64,000 nucleotides of DNA from contig NW_027362767.1 of NCBI RefSeq assembly GCF_046119375.1, positions 429,102,001 through 429,166,000 on the forward strand. The letters run 5' to 3'. Positions 60,678-64,000 of this stretch are shown piece by piece. The notes below the pieces were generated by a model, which made no database searches, was not told the origin of the DNA, and worked only from the letters and a program-made list of their open reading frames with translations. Position 1 is the stretch's first letter. The number at the start of each line of letters is the position of its first letter. The DNA is from Phyllobates terribilis. Lineage: Eukaryota. The position numbers and the translations under genes were made by a program.

Positions 60678-62365
60678 CAACCCCTGGCATAAATTATGGA
60701 ATCACCGGGCTCGGAGGATGTTCATTCAGTTGTTTAATGTTGTTGAAAAAAAGCAGATCACAGACATGGCACAAAACTAAAGTCATTTCAAATGGCAACT
60801 TTAGGGCTTTAAGAAACACTAAAAGAAATCAAGAAAAAAAATGTGGCACTCAGTAAGGGTCATTTTTTTCAGACCAAGATAAGGGAAATAATTATGGAAT
60901 CACTCAATTCTGAGGAAAAAATTATGGAATCATGAAAAACAAACACACAAAAGAACACTCCAATATATCACTAGTATTTTGTTGCACCACCTCTGGCTTT
61001 AATAACAGCTTGCAGTCTCTGAGGCATAGACTTAGTGAGTGAAAAACAGTACTCTTCATCAATCTGGCTCCAACTTTCTCTGATTGCTGTTGCCAGATCA
61101 GCTTTGCAGGTTGGAGCCTTGTCATGGACCATTTTCTTCAACTTCCACCAAAGATTTTCAATTGGATTGAGATCCGGACTATTTGCAGGCCATGACATTG
61201 CCCTTATGTGTCTTCTTTCAAGGAATGTTTTCACCATTTTTGCTCCATGGCAGGATGCATTATCATCTTGAAAAATGATGTCATCATCCCCAAACATCCT
61301 TTCAATTGATGGGATAAGAAAACTGTTCAAAATATCAATGTAAACTTGGGCATTTAATGAAGATGTAATGACAGCCATCTCCCCAGTGCCTTTACCTGAC
61401 ATGCAGCCCCATATCATCAATGACTGTGGAAATTTGCATGTTCTCTTCATGCAGTCATCTTTATAAATCTCATTGGAACGGCACCAAACAAAAGTTCCAG
61501 CATTATCACCTTGCCCAATGCAGATTCGCGATTCTTCACTGAATATGACTTTCATCCAGTCATCCACAGTCCACGATTTCTTTTCCTTAGCCCATTGTAC
61601 CCTTGTTTTTTTCTGTTTAGGTGTTAATGATGGCTTATGTTTAGCTTTTCTGTATGTAAATCCCATTTCCTTTAGGCGGTTTCTTACAGTTCGGTCACAG
61701 ACATTGACTCCAGTTTCCTCCCATTCGTTCCTCATTTGTTTTGTTGTGCATTTCCTGTTTTGGAGACATATTGCTTTAAGTTTCCGGTCTTGACGCTTTG
61801 ATGTCTTCCTTGGTCTTCCAGTATGTTTGTCTTTAACAACCTTCCCATGTTTGTATTTTGTCCAGATTTTAGACACAGCTGACTGTGAACAACCAACATC
61901 TTTTGCAACATTGCATGATGATTTACCTTCTTTTAAGAGTTTGATAATCCTCTCTTTTGTTTCAATTGGCATCTCTCGTGTTGGAGCCGTGATTCATGTC
62001 AGCCACTTGGTGCAACAGTTCTCCCAGGTGTGATCACTCGTTTTTACATGCAGACTAACGAGCAGATCTAATTTGATGCAGGTGTTAGTTTTGGAAATGA
62101 AAATTTACAGGGTGATTCCATAATTTTTTCCTCAGAATTGAGTGATTCCATAATTTTTCCCTCTGCTTGGTCTGAAATCAATTACCCTTACCGAGTACCA
62201 CATTTTTATCTTGATTTCTTTTAGTGTTTCTTAAAGCCCTAAAGTTGCCATTTGACATGACTTTAGTTTTGTGCCATGTCTGTGATCTGCTTTTTTTCAA
62301 CAGCATTAAACAACTGAATGAACATCCTCCGAGCCCGGTGATTCCATAATTTGTGGCAGGGCTTG
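60678..62365 (-). mobile_element. Full-length Tc1-like (DD34E class) transposon with IR/DR ends
   Basis: Inserted at the TA of GGAG-TA-TAATACAGG in a satellite unit, with the TA duplicated. TIRs of ~250 bp each carry three AATTATGGAATCA direct repeats. Confidence 0.93.
60971..61972 (-). CDS. Tc1 transposase, 333-aa open frame, first catalytic Asp replaced by Glu (FSEES)
   Basis: Paired-like HTH (VGCSQSAVSKIW), GRPRKT, WMKVIFSEES, FQDDNASCH and SPDLNPIENLW, with 34 residues between the second D and the E. Confidence 0.85.
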   Translation of the reverse strand: MPIETKERIIKLLKEGKSSCNVAKDVGCSQSAVSKIWTKYKHGKVVKDKHTGRPRKTSKRQDRKLKAICLQNRKCTTKQMRNEWEETGVNVCDRTVRNRLKEMGFTYRKAKHKPSLTPKQKKTRVQWAKEKKSWTVDDWMKVIFSEESRICIGQGDNAGTFVWCRSNEIYKDDCMKRTCKFPQSLMIWGCMSGKGTGEMAVITSSLNAQVYIDILNSFLIPSIERMFGDDDIIFQDDNASCHGAKMVKTFLERRHIRAMSWPANSPDLNPIENLWWKLKKMVHDKAPTCKADLATAIRESWSQIDEEYCFSLTKSMPQRLQAVIKARGGATKY

Positions 62366-64000
62366 TATAATACAGGATATAACTCAGGATCAGTAATGTA
62401 ATGGAAGTACACAGTGACTGCAGCAGCAGAATAGTGAGTGCAGCTCTGGAGTATAATACAGGAGGTAACTCAGGGTCAGTAATGTAATGTATGTACACAG
62501 TGACTGCAGCAGCAGAATAGTGAGTGCAGCTCTGGAGTATAATACAGGAGGTAACTCAGGGTCAGTAATGTAATGGAAGTACACAGTGACTGCAGCAGCA
62601 GAATAGTGAGTGCAGCTCTGGAGTATAATACAGGAGGTAACTCAGGGTCAGTAATGTAATGTATGTACACAGTGACTGCACCAGCAGAATAGTGAGTGCA
62701 GCTCTGGAGTATAATACAGGATATAACTCAGGATCAGTAATGTAATGTATGTACACAGTGACTGCACCAGCAGAATAGTGAGTGCAGCTCTGGGGTATAA
62801 TACAGGATGTAACTCAGGATCAGTAATGTAATGTATGTTCACAGTGACTCCACCAGCAGAATAGTGAGTGCAGCTCTGGAGGATAATACTGGATGTAACT
62901 CAGGATCAGTAATGTAATGTATGTACACAGTGACTGCACGAGCAGAATAGTGAGTGCAGCTCTGGAATATAATACAGAATATAACTCAGGATCAGTAATG
63001 TATGTACACAGTGACTGCAGCAGCACAATAGTGAGTGCAGCTCTGGAGTATAATACAGGATGTAACTCAGGCTCAGTAATGTAATGTATGTACACAGTGA
63101 CTGCAGCAGCAGAATAGTGAGTGCAGCTCTGAAGTATAATACAGGATGTAACTCTGGATCAGTAATGTAATGTATGTTCACAGTGACTCCACCAGCAGAA
63201 TAGTGAGTGCAGCTCTGGAGGATAATACTGGATGTAACTCAGGATCAGTAATGTAATGTATGTACACAGTGACTGCAGCAGCAGAATAGTGAGTGCAGCT
63301 CTGGAATATAATACAGGATGTAACTCAGGATCAGTAATGTATGTACACAGTGACTGCAGCAGCACAATAGTGAGTGCAGCTCTGGAGTATAATACAGGAT
63401 GTAACTCAGGCTCAGTAATGTAATGTATGTACACAGTGACTGCAGCAGCAGAATAGTGAGTGCAGCTCTGAAGTATAATACAGGATGTAACTCTGGATCA
63501 GTAATGTAATGTATGTACACAGTGACTGCACCAGCAGAATAGTGAGTGCAGCTCTGGAGTATAATACAGGATGTAACTCAGGATCAGTAATGTAATGTAT
63601 GTACACAGTGACTGCAGCAGCAGAATAGTGAGTGCAGCTCTGGAGTATAATACAGGATGTAACTCAGGATCAGTAATGTATGTACACAGTGACTGCACCA
63701 GCAGAATAGTGAGTGAAGCTCTGGAGTATAATACAGGATGTAACTCAGGATCAGTAATGTAATGTATGTACACAGTGACTGCACCAGCAGAATAGTGAGT
63801 GCAGCTCTGGGGTATAATACAGGATGTAACTCAGGATCAGTAATGTAATGTATGTACACAGTGACTGCACCAGCAGAATAGTGAGTGCAGCTCTGGAGTA
63901 TAATACAGGATGTAACTCAGGATCAGTAATGTAATGTATGTACACAGTGACTGCAGCAGCAGAATAGTGAGCCTTTTCTTATGGGGTTTTTTTTTCTGCA

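Larger units (their letters stand above)
58241..63971. repeat. 86-bp satellite array (about 47 units), interrupted by a Tc1 at 60678-62365
   Basis: GTAATGTAATGTATGTACACAGTGACTGCACCAGCAGAATAGTGAGTGCAGCTCTGGAGTATAATACAGGATGTAACTCAGGATCA, with 81-, 85- and 91-bp variants. Confidence 0.96.

Noticed and set aside
58236-63945. Dozens of MYIHYITDPEL... ORFs; also considered as a CRISPR-like array
   Set aside because: These are 86-bp satellite monomers with no unique spacers and no cas genes, in a eukaryotic context.

Overview
This is vertebrate genomic DNA, almost certainly from a frog (anuran). The RING1 protein closely matches Xenopus ring1 as I recall it, and the repeats are amphibian-type Tc1, hAT, Harbinger-like, Kolobok-like, L2 and V-SINE elements. 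The window covers the housekeeping block of the extended MHC class II region. By reading splice sites by hand I reconstructed five complete multi-exon genes with continuous reading frames: WDR46 (-, 16 coding exons, 573 aa), RPS18 (-, 6 exons, 152 aa), VPS52 (+, 20 exons, 692 aa, head-to-head with RPS18), RING1 (-, 6 coding exons, 344 aa) and HSD17B8 (-, 9 exons, 255 aa). Introns and intergenic DNA hold at least 12 tandem arrays, four Tc1-family elements (one with an open 333-aa transposase), several MITEs with clean target-site duplications, and L2/V-SINE remnants. Almost all long ORFs in the supplied track are repeat artefacts. I found no clearly new multi-gene system. The best leads are: two minor-spliceosome (U12) introns in VPS52, one of them AT-AC; a GC-AG intron in WDR46; tandem arrays whose units resemble CTCF and ZNF143/Staf sites; minisatellites born from a transposase CDS and from transposon TIRs; a satellite with higher-order repeats split by a Tc1; and WDR46 inverted relative to the human gene order, with PFDN6, B3GALT4 and MIR219 not seen. 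All coordinates were counted by eye and no database searches were run.
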